Below are positions 19,830 through 28,518 of a stretch of DNA of 48,552 nucleotides, in pieces. The stretch covers positions 1 through 48,552 of the IMG/VR virus record IMGVR_UViG_3300037502_002351; one strand, given 5' to 3'. Numbering within the stretch: the stretch's first letter is position 1; each line of letters begins with the position of its first letter. The DNA is from a virus. Its lineage: Duplodnaviria > Caudoviricetes. The notes beneath the pieces are model-generated. The model ran no database searches and was not told the origin of the DNA. It worked only from the letters and a program-made list of their open reading frames with translations. A program made the position numbers and the translations under genes.

Positions 19830-20030
19830 GTGAGAAGAATGATTAAGAAAAGATATGATAATCCAGAAATTCAAAAATGGTATGAAAAATATATAAAAAT
19901 GTTAATGAAAGATAAAGAAGAATATAAAGGTTTAAGTGAAGAAGAAGTTGATGAAATGGTAAAAGAATTAAAATTTATCAGCAGAAGTGAAGCTGAACAA
20001 AAACAAATAATTCCAAAGGAGATGAACTGA
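19830..20030 (+). CDS. Hypothetical protein
   Basis: ORF with AAGGGG RBS. Confidence 0.6.
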   Translation: MRRMIKKRYDNPEIQKWYEKYIKMLMKDKEEYKGLSEEEVDEMVKELKFISRSEAEQKQIIPKEMN

Positions 20031-20033
20031 TTA

Positions 20034-20252
20034 ATGATTGACAAATTACCGTCAATCACATTACAAGTAAAACTAGAACATGATGAAGAATTAGAAGCAA
20101 AATTAACTCAATTTCGTGAAGTATTACACCAGCTACCAAAAGAAATCAATATGAAAATCTTCTTGGGTGAAAGTGATAAAGGGAGCGATCTTAAAATTAA
20201 TATTGGACATTTTCTTGTTGATGAAGTTAAGGAGCATTTTGGATTGGAATAA
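20034..20252 (+). CDS. Hypothetical protein
   Basis: AAGGAG RBS. Confidence 0.65.
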   Translation: MIDKLPSITLQVKLEHDEELEAKLTQFREVLHQLPKEINMKIFLGESDKGSDLKINIGHFLVDEVKEHFGLE

Positions 20253-20267
20253 ATAAAATTATAAAAA

Positions 20268-20939
20268 GTGAAGGAGAATGATAATATGTTTAATAAACAA
20301 TTAAACAAAATTAATTATGAATTAGAAAAAATTTCACAAAAACAAAAAGAAGTTAATGTTTTCTCAAAAGAATATCAAGAGTTATTAAGTAAAGAAATTG
20401 AATTATTAAAACAAAAAAAAGGATTACTTGAACAATTAGGCGATGGATATTACGGTACAATTGAAGGAATTAAGATATACGAAAATGTATGCAACCAAAA
20501 CATTAAAAAGAAGAATAATAGTATAGATATTAAAAAACTTGAACAAATTGAAATTAATGTTGAAAGAAACATTTTCAAATGGCTTGACTTATTGTCAGAG
20601 TTACCTTTTTATGAAGTAAGAAAATTACACTTAGGTGAGACTAATGCTTTTAACATTAACGGTAAAGAATTTACAATACCGACAAATACATACGGAATAG
20701 CGATTGAATTGAGTGAAGAAATTAATGTTGATGAAATTTCCACAAAAATTACAGATAGTATTAGAAAATTTTTTATAAAACAAATCGACACCTTGCTAAA
20801 AAATCATCCATTAAAGGGTAAAATTCAAGATTTTCATAAATCAATTAAAATTGTTTTCGATGGAGGTGTAATAATTATAAAAAATGAGAATGGACAATTT
20901 AAAGTATGCTTCAGATGTGGTGTAGGTTTAGTATTGTAA
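20268..20939 (+). CDS. Hypothetical protein (start probably ATG 20286)
   Basis: Long ORF with AAGGAG RBS; hairpin at about 20954-20986 downstream. Confidence 0.7.
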   Translation: MKENDNMFNKQLNKINYELEKISQKQKEVNVFSKEYQELLSKEIELLKQKKGLLEQLGDGYYGTIEGIKIYENVCNQNIKKKNNSIDIKKLEQIEINVERNIFKWLDLLSELPFYEVRKLHLGETNAFNINGKEFTIPTNTYGIAIELSEEINVDEISTKITDSIRKFFIKQIDTLLKNHPLKGKIQDFHKSIKIVFDGGVIIIKNENGQFKVCFRCGVGLVL

Positions 20940-21021
20940 TTTCCACAATAAAATAAGGAGTATGGTTTTCTTTTCCTTACTCCTTATAAACAAATTATAA
21001 AAATATAAAGGTTATGATAAA

Positions 21022-21144
21022 TTGTATCTTTGGGCTTTTGATTTATCTATGGACAATACAGGAATAGCGATATTTGATAATGATGGTAAATTATTATTTT
21101 TACTTGAAGGTGAGTCTCCATGTGTAAATATTTATATGGTTTAG
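21022..21144 (+). pseudogene. N-terminal fragment of a second RuvC-like resolvase
   Basis: LYLWAFDLSMDNTGIAIFD parallels YLYGLDIAWRTGVVIYD of the following gene. Confidence 0.55.
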
Positions 21145-21632
21145 ATATTGCATGGCGAACAGGCGTTGTAATTTATGATTTAACAGAAAATAAATTTGTT
21201 TACATCGGAAATATTGATGCAAATGATATAAAACTTAAAAAACATGAAAAACAGAACAATATATTAGAACACGGTAAAAAATTGAGATTTATTCAAGAGA
21301 ATTTTAAAAAATTAATTGATACATATCCGCCAACTATTGTTGCTATAGAAAGATATTTCGGAAGATTTAATAATGCAACAATAGCTATAGCCAAAATACA
21401 TGGAGTAATTAATGAAATATTAGCAGATATACCTCAAATATATTACCCACCTAAAACAGTTAAAGAAGCAATTATTCGTGGTGATGCTACAAAGAAATTT
21501 GTACGAAAAGCAATTGAAAGCCATTACCCTGATGTGAAATTTGAGAACGAAGATGAATCAGATGCATTTGCTGTGGGTCTGTGCTGGTTGATTAAAAATA
21601 AAAAAATAAGGTGGGACAAACGAAATGGATAA
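21120..21632 (+). CDS. ruvC: RuvC-like Holliday junction resolvase
   Basis: GLD...TG, VAIE, G.ATK, DESDA. Confidence 0.85.
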   Translation: MCKYLYGLDIAWRTGVVIYDLTENKFVYIGNIDANDIKLKKHEKQNNILEHGKKLRFIQENFKKLIDTYPPTIVAIERYFGRFNNATIAIAKIHGVINEILADIPQIYYPPKTVKEAIIRGDATKKFVRKAIESHYPDVKFENEDESDAFAVGLCWLIKNKKIRWDKRNG

Positions 21633-21804
21633 AGAAAAAGAATTAAATATTAACTATGATAAAAGTTATTTGTATAAAAAATGGAAGGTTAATATAAAAT
21701 ATAATAATACATATTCCTATCAAGAATACTTACAAGAAGTAATAGAAACTACATTGGCGCAAAAAATTGATCGATATAAAGACAAAATAGTAAACAATAT
21801 ATAA
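21625..21804 (+). CDS. Small protein (59 aa), candidate recombination directionality factor
   Basis: AAGGTGG upstream; open frame directly before the serine recombinase. Function inferred from position only. Confidence 0.45.
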   Translation: MDKEKELNINYDKSYLYKKWKVNIKYNNTYSYQEYLQEVIETTLAQKIDRYKDKIVNNI

Positions 21805-21805
21805 A

Positions 21806-21861
21806 TTGCATTATCGTATTTAAAGAGTTACAATAGATATAGCAAACTAGCTATATCTATT
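21806..21861 (+). promoter_or_regulatory. SigA-type promoter of the recombinase with overlapping 12-bp inverted repeat
   Basis: TTGCAT-17 nt-TACAAT; AATAGATATAGC-N6-GCTATATCTATT at 21832-21861. Confidence 0.6.
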
Positions 21862-21882
21862 TTTTTATAGGAGGTAACACAT

Positions 21883-23538
21883 ATGATAAAGTGGATTGCT
21901 GGAATATACGCACGTGTAAGTACAGAACATGAAAATCAAAAAACAAGCACAGATAACCAAATTTCACTTATGGAAGAATGGGCAAAATCACAAAAAGATG
22001 TAGAAATTTACGATGTTTACATTGATGAGGGGATTACGGGCACAAAGATTGAAAAGCGTTTATCTTTTCAGCGTATGTTAAAAGATGCAAAAACAGGAAA
22101 AATAAATTTAATTATTGTCAAATCAATCACACGCTTTGCACGTAACCAGTTGGACTCAATCAGATTGGCAAAAGAGTTAAAAGAGCAGGGGGTTAGAATA
22201 TACTTTTATCAAGAGCAAATTGATACATTTAACGATGTTAAAATGTTAGGGTTGTTTGCTTGGTTGGCAGAAAATGAATCACGTGCAACATCAGAGAGAA
22301 GAAAATTGGGTGGAAGAGAGGCACAAAAAAAAGGAAGATTTGTTACTAACCGTCCTCCATTAGGATATAAAAGTGTTAATGGAAAATTAGTGATTGATGA
22401 AGAAGAAGCAAAGATTGTTAAACGAATATTTGATTTATATTTAAAAGGATATGGTTTTGCTAAAATTGCAGATACGCTTAATGAAGAAGGATATCGAACG
22501 AGACGAGGATATCCGTTTCGAAAAGATAAAATTAAATACATTTTAAAAAACGAAGTATATATAGGGACATTTATAGGCAACAAATACACAAAAGTAGATT
22601 TACTTTCATCAAAAATAGTAGAGAAACCAAAGGAAGAGTGGATTATCATTGAAAACAACCACGAGGCAATCATTGATAAAGATACTTTTGACAAAGTGCA
22701 AAAATTAATGGAAGATAAAAGTTTTAATGTAGGCAAGAGATCTGTTGCTCTGTTTGCTGGCGTTATCAAATGTGGTAAATGCGGTCACAGCTATAATCGC
22801 GTAACAAACGAGAAAAAAACAGGTAAGGTTTATCATTATTATGCTTGTGTAGGAAGAAGGCAAAAAGGGAAATCTTTTTGTGATGCAAAAAATGTAAAAG
22901 AGGATGACATTATTGAAATTATTAACAATGAATTGAAAAGTTTAAAAATCAATCAAAATGTATTAGAAGATATGAAAGAAAAAACAATGCGCCTAATTGA
23001 TGAGAAAATGAAAAGTATAGATGAAGAATTAGTTTACATTGACACTCGTATCAAAGAAATAGAAGAAGATAGAAAAAATTTAGCAAAGAAAAATATTAGA
23101 GGAATTATTGATGACGATTTGTTTCAAGAAATGGACGCAGAATTGAAAACGGAATTAAAAAAGTTAAATGCTAAAAAGAATAAAAATAAAATTGTAGATA
23201 ATAAAAAAATTTACGAAAGAATATACGATGAATTTATGAATACTATTGCAAATTTCACAGACGTAAGAAATTTAAGTAATGTAGAGGTGCGTAAGCTAAT
23301 AGATAATATTGAAATTAAAGATGATGAGATAAACATTGAAATAAAAATCAACAAAACTGATTTTGATATTAATGAAAGTTTAAGTATTGACCCATTGTTT
23401 ACAAATAGCATTGATATAGCAACAGATAAAGAGAAAATAGGTTTGTCATTTGTCCCTATTGTTTCAACGATAGATACAAATGACAAACCAAATAAGAACA
23501 TAAAACACAAGATTAGACTTAAATTATCGTACGCATAA
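21883..23538 (+). CDS. Large serine recombinase (integrase)
   Basis: YARVST, SITRFARN, recombinase domain, zinc ribbon CGKCG...C...C, coiled coil. Confidence 0.93.
   Translation: MIKWIAGIYARVSTEHENQKTSTDNQISLMEEWAKSQKDVEIYDVYIDEGITGTKIEKRLSFQRMLKDAKTGKINLIIVKSITRFARNQLDSIRLAKELKEQGVRIYFYQEQIDTFNDVKMLGLFAWLAENESRATSERRKLGGREAQKKGRFVTNRPPLGYKSVNGKLVIDEEEAKIVKRIFDLYLKGYGFAKIADTLNEEGYRTRRGYPFRKDKIKYILKNEVYIGTFIGNKYTKVDLLSSKIVEKPKEEWIIIENNHEAIIDKDTFDKVQKLMEDKSFNVGKRSVALFAGVIKCGKCGHSYNRVTNEKKTGKVYHYYACVGRRQKGKSFCDAKNVKEDDIIEIINNELKSLKINQNVLEDMKEKTMRLIDEKMKSIDEELVYIDTRIKEIEEDRKNLAKKNIRGIIDDDLFQEMDAELKTELKKLNAKKNKNKIVDNKKIYERIYDEFMNTIANFTDVRNLSNVEVRKLIDNIEIKDDEINIEIKINKTDFDINESLSIDPLFTNSIDIATDKEKIGLSFVPIVSTIDTNDKPNKNIKHKIRLKLSYA
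23440..23489. other. Candidate attP site (50-bp imperfect inverted repeat, central TC)
   Basis: GGTTTGTCATTTGT-CCCTATTGTT-TC-AACGATAGAT-ACAAATGACAAACC. Confidence 0.6.
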
Positions 23539-23647
23539 TCATTTTATGTATGGGAGCATTAACATATAACCATATTATTTAATATTTATTATTGTTTTCA
23601 ATAAAATCCTTACTCTAGGTCAACAAAATAAGTTTTCACCCTCTCTT

Positions 23648-23680
23648 AAAAAGTAGAGATATTGCTATTCTCTACTTTTT
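23648..23680. terminator. Bidirectional terminator between the convergent arms
   Basis: AAAAAGTAGAGA ... TCTCTACTTTTT. Confidence 0.65.
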
Positions 23681-24478
23681 TAAGTATTTGTTAAATTTAC
23701 GATCATTTAAAATTGTAGCCAAAAATGCAACTTCTCCGACGGTAATTGTTTTATTCGCAGCTTTTTCAACCCAAGTACTATCGTTTAATAATCCTTCCTC
23801 ATGTGCTTTTTTATAAACTTCTTCTAACTGCTTCATGTTATAATTGTTTACAAAATCAGACATTTTCATTTTCATGACCTCCTGTAAATTTTGTTTTTGT
23901 GTAGTTTGCGTATTATTTTGAGATGGCTTTGAATTTAATCTATCAGCCACTAATTTTTTAAATTTTACCCACTCGTTAGGACGATCAACAAACCACTTGT
24001 GACAATCTTTCCATCCAACAATTTCTTTATGTAACCACAAATCATTTACGGTTAATTTATATTTCTTTAGCAAATCGACAACTAATTGCACAAGAGTGTT
24101 ATATGTAGCATTAGTCATTTTTCCATTCCAATCAATGTGACAACATTCGATTCCAATGGTGCAGTTATTTGGGTATGTGCTTAACCTAGCTAACGCTTCT
24201 TTTGTGTATGTTGTTGAACCGACATGATACGCCATTTCATTTTCTGGGATACAACGAATTACGTCTCCGTTAAGACCAATAATATAATGCGCTGAACCAT
24301 AGCCTGTTTTACCAAATTTACGATTTTCAAAAAAATTACGATTGGCTTCAGATGACGAATTAGGATTGGCTACCCAATGCACAACAACACCACGAACGCC
24401 AATTAATCTGTTTTGTGGACGACTATATTTATTAGGAGTTAATAATTTTTCAATAATTTTATAGCTCATTATGGTCAC
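23672..24478 (-). CDS. Endolysin, N-acetylmuramoyl-L-alanine amidase (Amidase_2)
   Basis: VVVHW, SAHYII, AYHVG, IGIE, H...K.C. Confidence 0.9.
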   Translation of the reverse strand: MTIMSYKIIEKLLTPNKYSRPQNRLIGVRGVVVHWVANPNSSSEANRNFFENRKFGKTGYGSAHYIIGLNGDVIRCIPENEMAYHVGSTTYTKEALARLSTYPNNCTIGIECCHIDWNGKMTNATYNTLVQLVVDLLKKYKLTVNDLWLHKEIVGWKDCHKWFVDRPNEWVKFKKLVADRLNSKPSQNNTQTTQKQNLQEVMKMKMSDFVNNYNMKQLEEVYKKAHEEGLLNDSTWVEKAANKTITVGEVAFLATILNDRKFNKYLKK

Positions 24479-24483
24479 TCCTA

Positions 24484-24720
24484 TTATAGTTTATTATTAT
24501 CTTTTAAGAATTGTTTGCGTTCACGAGCTTTACGAGTAATATCATTATCTTTCCACCAAGCCCAAAGAGAAGCTGCAATAGTAAATACAATCGTCAATCC
24601 ATTTTCAACTTGTTCATCTGTGAACGGCAATGGAGAGAAACCAGCCAATACTAAAGATTGGTTAATCAAAGCTACAAATAAAACAATAGTACGAATAATC
24701 ATTATTTTGTCAAGTTTCAT
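24484..24720 (-). CDS. SPP1-family holin
   Basis: IRTIVLFVALINQ.L...G.SPLP ... WAWWKDN.IT. Confidence 0.9.
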   Translation of the reverse strand: MKLDKIMIIRTIVLFVALINQSLVLAGFSPLPFTDEQVENGLTIVFTIAASLWAWWKDNDITRKARERKQFLKDNNKL

Positions 24721-24733
24721 TTAAATCATCTCC

Positions 24734-24982
24734 TTAATTAAAAATTTTTCCTAAAACAAAAAGGACTAGAGGAACTAATACTGTTAAAATTGTTCCTGTT
24801 GTCCATTTAAGTGTTGATGATAATTTATTAATATCACCTTCGTTATCTTCTGCTTTAACCATTGCTTTTTCTGCTAATCGAAACGCACTATCTGCCGTTT
24901 CACGAATGGAACGAACATCATCAATTTTTGCTTCTAATCTCCCCATTCTTTCATATAAATCACGTAAAATTTCTTCATTCAT
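24734..24982 (-). CDS. XhlA-like lysis accessory membrane protein
   Basis: Coiled coil followed by W and C-terminal TM helix; AAGGTGG RBS before ATG 24982. Confidence 0.7.
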   Translation of the reverse strand: MNEEILRDLYERMGRLEAKIDDVRSIRETADSAFRLAEKAMVKAEDNEGDINKLSSTLKWTTGTILTVLVPLVLFVLGKIFN

Positions 24983-25080
24983 TTTGATCCACCTTTCATT
25001 AAAATTAAAAGGTGGCGATTTGATAATCCCCACCTTTTAAAATCATTGATTTTCAAGGGTTTTTGTTTATTATATTTTAG

Positions 25081-25098
25081 ATAAAAGCGTCATTTTAT
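25081..25098. repeat. ATAAAA-N6-TTTTAT palindromic site (extended type)
   Basis: ATAAAA-GCGTCA-TTTTAT, with TCAAG-containing accessory motif 28 nt upstream. Confidence 0.65.
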
Positions 25099-25114
25099 AC
25101 AGTCAGATTCCAGA

Positions 25115-26185
25115 TTACGCGATGTACGCCGAGCGGAAGCTGAGGCCATGAAACGAGTACGAACGAGCGCCGTTCAGGCGCAGCGCGAAGACCCCAGCAG
25201 AAGCCCCATGGCCCCAGTCACCGCCACGAAACGGAAGGCGCTCACCGTAGTTGCGCACCCAGATACCGTCTCCACCATGGTTTGCATCGATAGGAGCAAT
25301 AGCGAGATACTTCAATAAATCTGGGACTGTGAAACCGGATTTAGCTCCCAACGTTTCAAAGGTCGTATGGCTATGCCCGTAGTGAGCGTCTGAACTTGGA
25401 TCAGTTGTATACATCGGATTTGTTCTTTCCGCTCCCAAAATAGGGTCGCCACCAACATCAGCTGAAGTAGTGTTTGCATTTCCCGGGGTCGTGTTATCAA
25501 TATACACGCCTGTGTCAACCCATTGATCGACTAGGCGATATCCTTCTGGTGTATTGAAGTTGTTGTCCTGATGAACATAAATCTTTCCATCTATGAGTTT
25601 CAATCCGTCAACCCATTCCCATACGTTCCCGTTGAGGTCGAAAATACCTTCATTCGTTCCATCGTGCGACCAGCTGGCAGGACCTGATCCAGTAGCAACA
25701 CGAGCATCCTGTCCACCTGATTGAAATGTCACTTTTCCGCGCTCATGCGTTGCCGCATGATCTCTTCCGTAGTTGTTATTTCCTCTAGGCATAAACCCGT
25801 TCTTTTTGCACCACAAAGCAATCGCAGCCCATTCGGCGTTTGTCATCAAGTGCCAGCCTGAACCTTTTGCTGCGCAAAATTGTTTCACTTGCTCGTATGT
25901 CACAGATGTCCTCGGATCTTGAAAAGGTAGAGAATATGCACGTCCATCGTGCACGATATTTTGATATTTGGAAATCCAAATTTCGCTTTTTACTACACCG
26001 TTTACAATGAATGCTGGATGAGGCGTGTTTGGTGCGCCCGTAATAACATCCGACAGATTGAATTTAGGAATGCAAACCATGATAGACGGATTTCCTTTGT
26101 CATCATACATGACCGTGTTTTTTCCGCCTGTTGCCATTTCAACCGATTGGCGCAATGAATCTTTTACCGATACAACAAATGCCAT
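25115..26185 (-). CDS. FGE-sulfatase/C-type-lectin-fold tail adhesin, DGR target-like
   Basis: GWHLMTNAEW, DLNGNVWEW, C-terminal RGGDW...AGVFAL.L...RS.S....SFR. Confidence 0.8.
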   Translation of the reverse strand: MAFVVSVKDSLRQSVEMATGGKNTVMYDDKGNPSIMVCIPKFNLSDVITGAPNTPHPAFIVNGVVKSEIWISKYQNIVHDGRAYSLPFQDPRTSVTYEQVKQFCAAKGSGWHLMTNAEWAAIALWCKKNGFMPRGNNNYGRDHAATHERGKVTFQSGGQDARVATGSGPASWSHDGTNEGIFDLNGNVWEWVDGLKLIDGKIYVHQDNNFNTPEGYRLVDQWVDTGVYIDNTTPGNANTTSADVGGDPILGAERTNPMYTTDPSSDAHYGHSHTTFETLGAKSGFTVPDLLKYLAIAPIDANHGGDGIWVRNYGERLPFRGGDWGHGASAGVFALRLNGARSYSFHGLSFRSAYIA

Positions 26186-26502
26186 TACAACTCAACTCCT
26201 TCTGGTAATGCCCATAGGCGGATTTCGACTTTCGACACATCTAAAGACATCGGAACAATGCTCGTTTCACTGTTATCGTTTTCCACAAGCTGATATTCTC
26301 GTGATGGAATAATGATTGTAGCTACATACCAAGCCCCCACACCTTCTTGCGCAGTATATGTCGTATCAAGACATACGTCAATCACACGTTGCACATCACC
26401 CTGTCTCTCTTGCAGATCGATCGACAATATACCAATATTTAGTGTCGTCCCCTCAAGTGTAAACTTTGCCTTCCGTCCACTGTTTAAATGAGTGATAATC
26501 AT
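26185..26502 (-). CDS. Tail-fibre-associated hypothetical protein
   Basis: GGAGG RBS; coupled to the adhesin gene. Confidence 0.7.
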   Translation of the reverse strand: MIITHLNSGRKAKFTLEGTTLNIGILSIDLQERQGDVQRVIDVCLDTTYTAQEGVGAWYVATIIIPSREYQLVENDNSETSIVPMSLDVSKVEIRLWALPEGVEL

Positions 26503-26514
26503 TCACATCTCCTC

Positions 26515-27564
26515 CTATGCCACTAGTGGATTGAGTAGCGTCCATATAAATGTGACACTGCTCGCACTACCTGTCATTTTCACTTTAAAACCATTCTGTG
26601 TTTTGTCATATACAATCAACTGCCCATAATCACCGTTCGATGAAATAACGTCAATAACCACCGCATAGTTCGGCGCGTTGATTTGTGCATATCCTGTTAA
26701 TGTCACTTGTATAAACGGCTCATTATCTCGAAAATACCCGTTTGAATTCACACCTGTTATTGTTGCGACTCCTTGCTGAAAACGTAATTTTTTGTACTTG
26801 TCAATTTCTAAAAAGATTGAACGATCGTTTTGAAATAGAACGTCATCAGCGGTTGATAAAATTCCAATTTTATTTTGCACGTCGGTGATTGCGTTGGCGT
26901 TATATTGTTGCGTCCATACCCATTGTGTACCATTCCAACGATAGATTTTGCTATCGTCAATAGTCTGTACGGTGTCACCTAACTGCGGATTCGGATATGT
27001 CTTTGCAATATCTGCGTAGGTGTTTACCGCTGTGAGCCAGCGTGTTTTGTTTTCATCCCCGACTTGTTTTGCATAGTCACCTTGCGCTTTGGCGTAATTG
27101 CCTTGTGTTTGAGCGTATTGCGCTTGTGTCGTTGCATTATTTGCTGCGTCATTTGCAGTATCTCTAGCAACATCGGTTTCATCAATTAATGTTTGTAAAG
27201 TTTCTACAATTTCTCCATTGTTCTCTCTAGTCCAAATTCTTGAAGCAGGAAAAGCAATCAAACCGACACCTTGATAATCAAATATAAATTCTTTACCTTC
27301 GTTAGAAGAATTGAAGTATACAATTCCAAGTGAATAATCAACTCTATATTCATTAGCCTTAGGTGTCAAACTGGTTGTTTCATAAAGAAATTTTCCATTA
27401 CTATCTTTAACAGTAACCTTAATAAATAAATCTGGCACTTCTTTTAATATTACTCGGCTATTTACTACTTTTAATGATTCACTGATGGGAACATAAGGAT
27501 CATCTTGTGTTCCTTTTCGTTTATAAACATATATTTTTTCAACTTTAGGAAAGAAGAAACTCAT
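26515..27564 (-). CDS. Putative tail fibre/baseplate protein
   Basis: A(Q/K).QG.Y repeats, YRWNGTQW, C-terminal H-type-lectin-like strands (TQNGFKV). Confidence 0.7.
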   Translation of the reverse strand: MSFFFPKVEKIYVYKRKGTQDDPYVPISESLKVVNSRVILKEVPDLFIKVTVKDSNGKFLYETTSLTPKANEYRVDYSLGIVYFNSSNEGKEFIFDYQGVGLIAFPASRIWTRENNGEIVETLQTLIDETDVARDTANDAANNATTQAQYAQTQGNYAKAQGDYAKQVGDENKTRWLTAVNTYADIAKTYPNPQLGDTVQTIDDSKIYRWNGTQWVWTQQYNANAITDVQNKIGILSTADDVLFQNDRSIFLEIDKYKKLRFQQGVATITGVNSNGYFRDNEPFIQVTLTGYAQINAPNYAVVIDVISSNGDYGQLIVYDKTQNGFKVKMTGSASSVTFIWTLLNPLVA

Positions 27565-27621
27565 ATATTAACCTCCTTTTAATTAGGAATAAAAATAAAG
27601 AGAGTTATTTAAAACTCTCTA

Positions 27622-27906
27622 TTAATAAGCACCTATCCAATTGTAAGAAATATTTGGTTCAACAATTACAAAACTATAAATTGGAGCATCATGCAAATCA
27701 ATATTAAAGCCTTGATTTGCACGCAAGAATATTGGGCTACCTCCATTAATTTTTACAGTGCAATTTTGTTCATTGTAAAAAGAGAACTTGTAAAGTTTGT
27801 ATTTTGTTGACCAGTGGCTAGGTGGCGATGGGATGATTTCTTGGTTAGCAGTTGACACTTGAACTGACAGACTACCAATATAGCCACTTCCTATAATATA
27901 AGACAT
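27622..27906 (-). CDS. Hypothetical virion-module protein
   Basis: AAGGAGGTG RBS. Confidence 0.7.
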   Translation of the reverse strand: MSYIIGSGYIGSLSVQVSTANQEIIPSPPSHWSTKYKLYKFSFYNEQNCTVKINGGSPIFLRANQGFNIDLHDAPIYSFVIVEPNISYNWIGAY

Positions 27907-28017
27907 TAATTCATCACCTCCTTATTTAAAATTGTTAAATAAAAAAAGAGTAGGGTGATGAATTCACACTCTTCAAAAACCCTTATATATCAAGCATTTT
28001 TAAACCTTCATTTTACT

Positions 28018-28035
28018 ATAAAATGCATATTTTAT
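28018..28035. repeat. ATAAAA-N6-TTTTAT palindromic site (extended type)
   Basis: ATAAAA-TGCATA-TTTTAT, with TCAAG-containing accessory motif 28 nt upstream. Confidence 0.65.
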
Positions 28036-28119
28036 TATTATACGACGTACACGGAATGAGAACAGGCATCTTAATTAGGTATCCACTATTACACCTGTTT
28101 TAATTCCTCTCGAAATGTA

Positions 28120-28308
28120 TTACTCCTTCACTGGCACAACTGCCTTGATTGACCGCCCATCAATAATCACGTCCCCAATCACAACGACATAATCCGACGT
28201 ATCGTGATTTTGAGCCGCTTTGATTTGTTCATACACCGCTTTAGCACTAAATTTTTCCACTTCCGTAATGTGTTCTTCTCCACTGTGTTCAACGATTTTA
28301 ATTTTCAT
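28120..28308 (-). CDS. Hypothetical protein
   Basis: AAAGGGA RBS. Confidence 0.7.
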   Translation of the reverse strand: MKIKIVEHSGEEHITEVEKFSAKAVYEQIKAAQNHDTSDYVVVIGDVIIDGRSIKAVVPVKE

Positions 28309-28349
28309 GAGCCATTCCCTTTTCTATTGTGATATAGAAAAAGCCCCGA

Positions 28350-28517
28350 CTATTCTTTGTCAGAGCTTTCTTGTTTCAATTGTTCGAGTTCCTGTTTGAG
28401 CTGCGCAAGTTCTTGTTGGTACTGCGTCACAAGTGCCGCATAGATCGCACGTTCACGGGAGAGATTTGCGATCTGCGTGGTTAATTCATTTACAACTAAA
28501 TCGACATTAGCGTTCAT
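28350..28517 (-). CDS. Coiled-coil hypothetical protein (55 aa)
   Basis: GGAGGTG RBS; MNANVDLVVNELTTQIANLS... Confidence 0.65.
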   Translation of the reverse strand: MNANVDLVVNELTTQIANLSRERAIYAALVTQYQQELAQLKQELEQLKQESSDKE

Positions 28518-28518
28518 C

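Noticed and set aside
3700-21005. Recurrent intergenic AAATTATAAAA motif (about 3703, 15346, 16690, 20256, 20992)
   Set aside because: Pure A/T word in very AT-rich spacers; cannot be separated from background without statistics.
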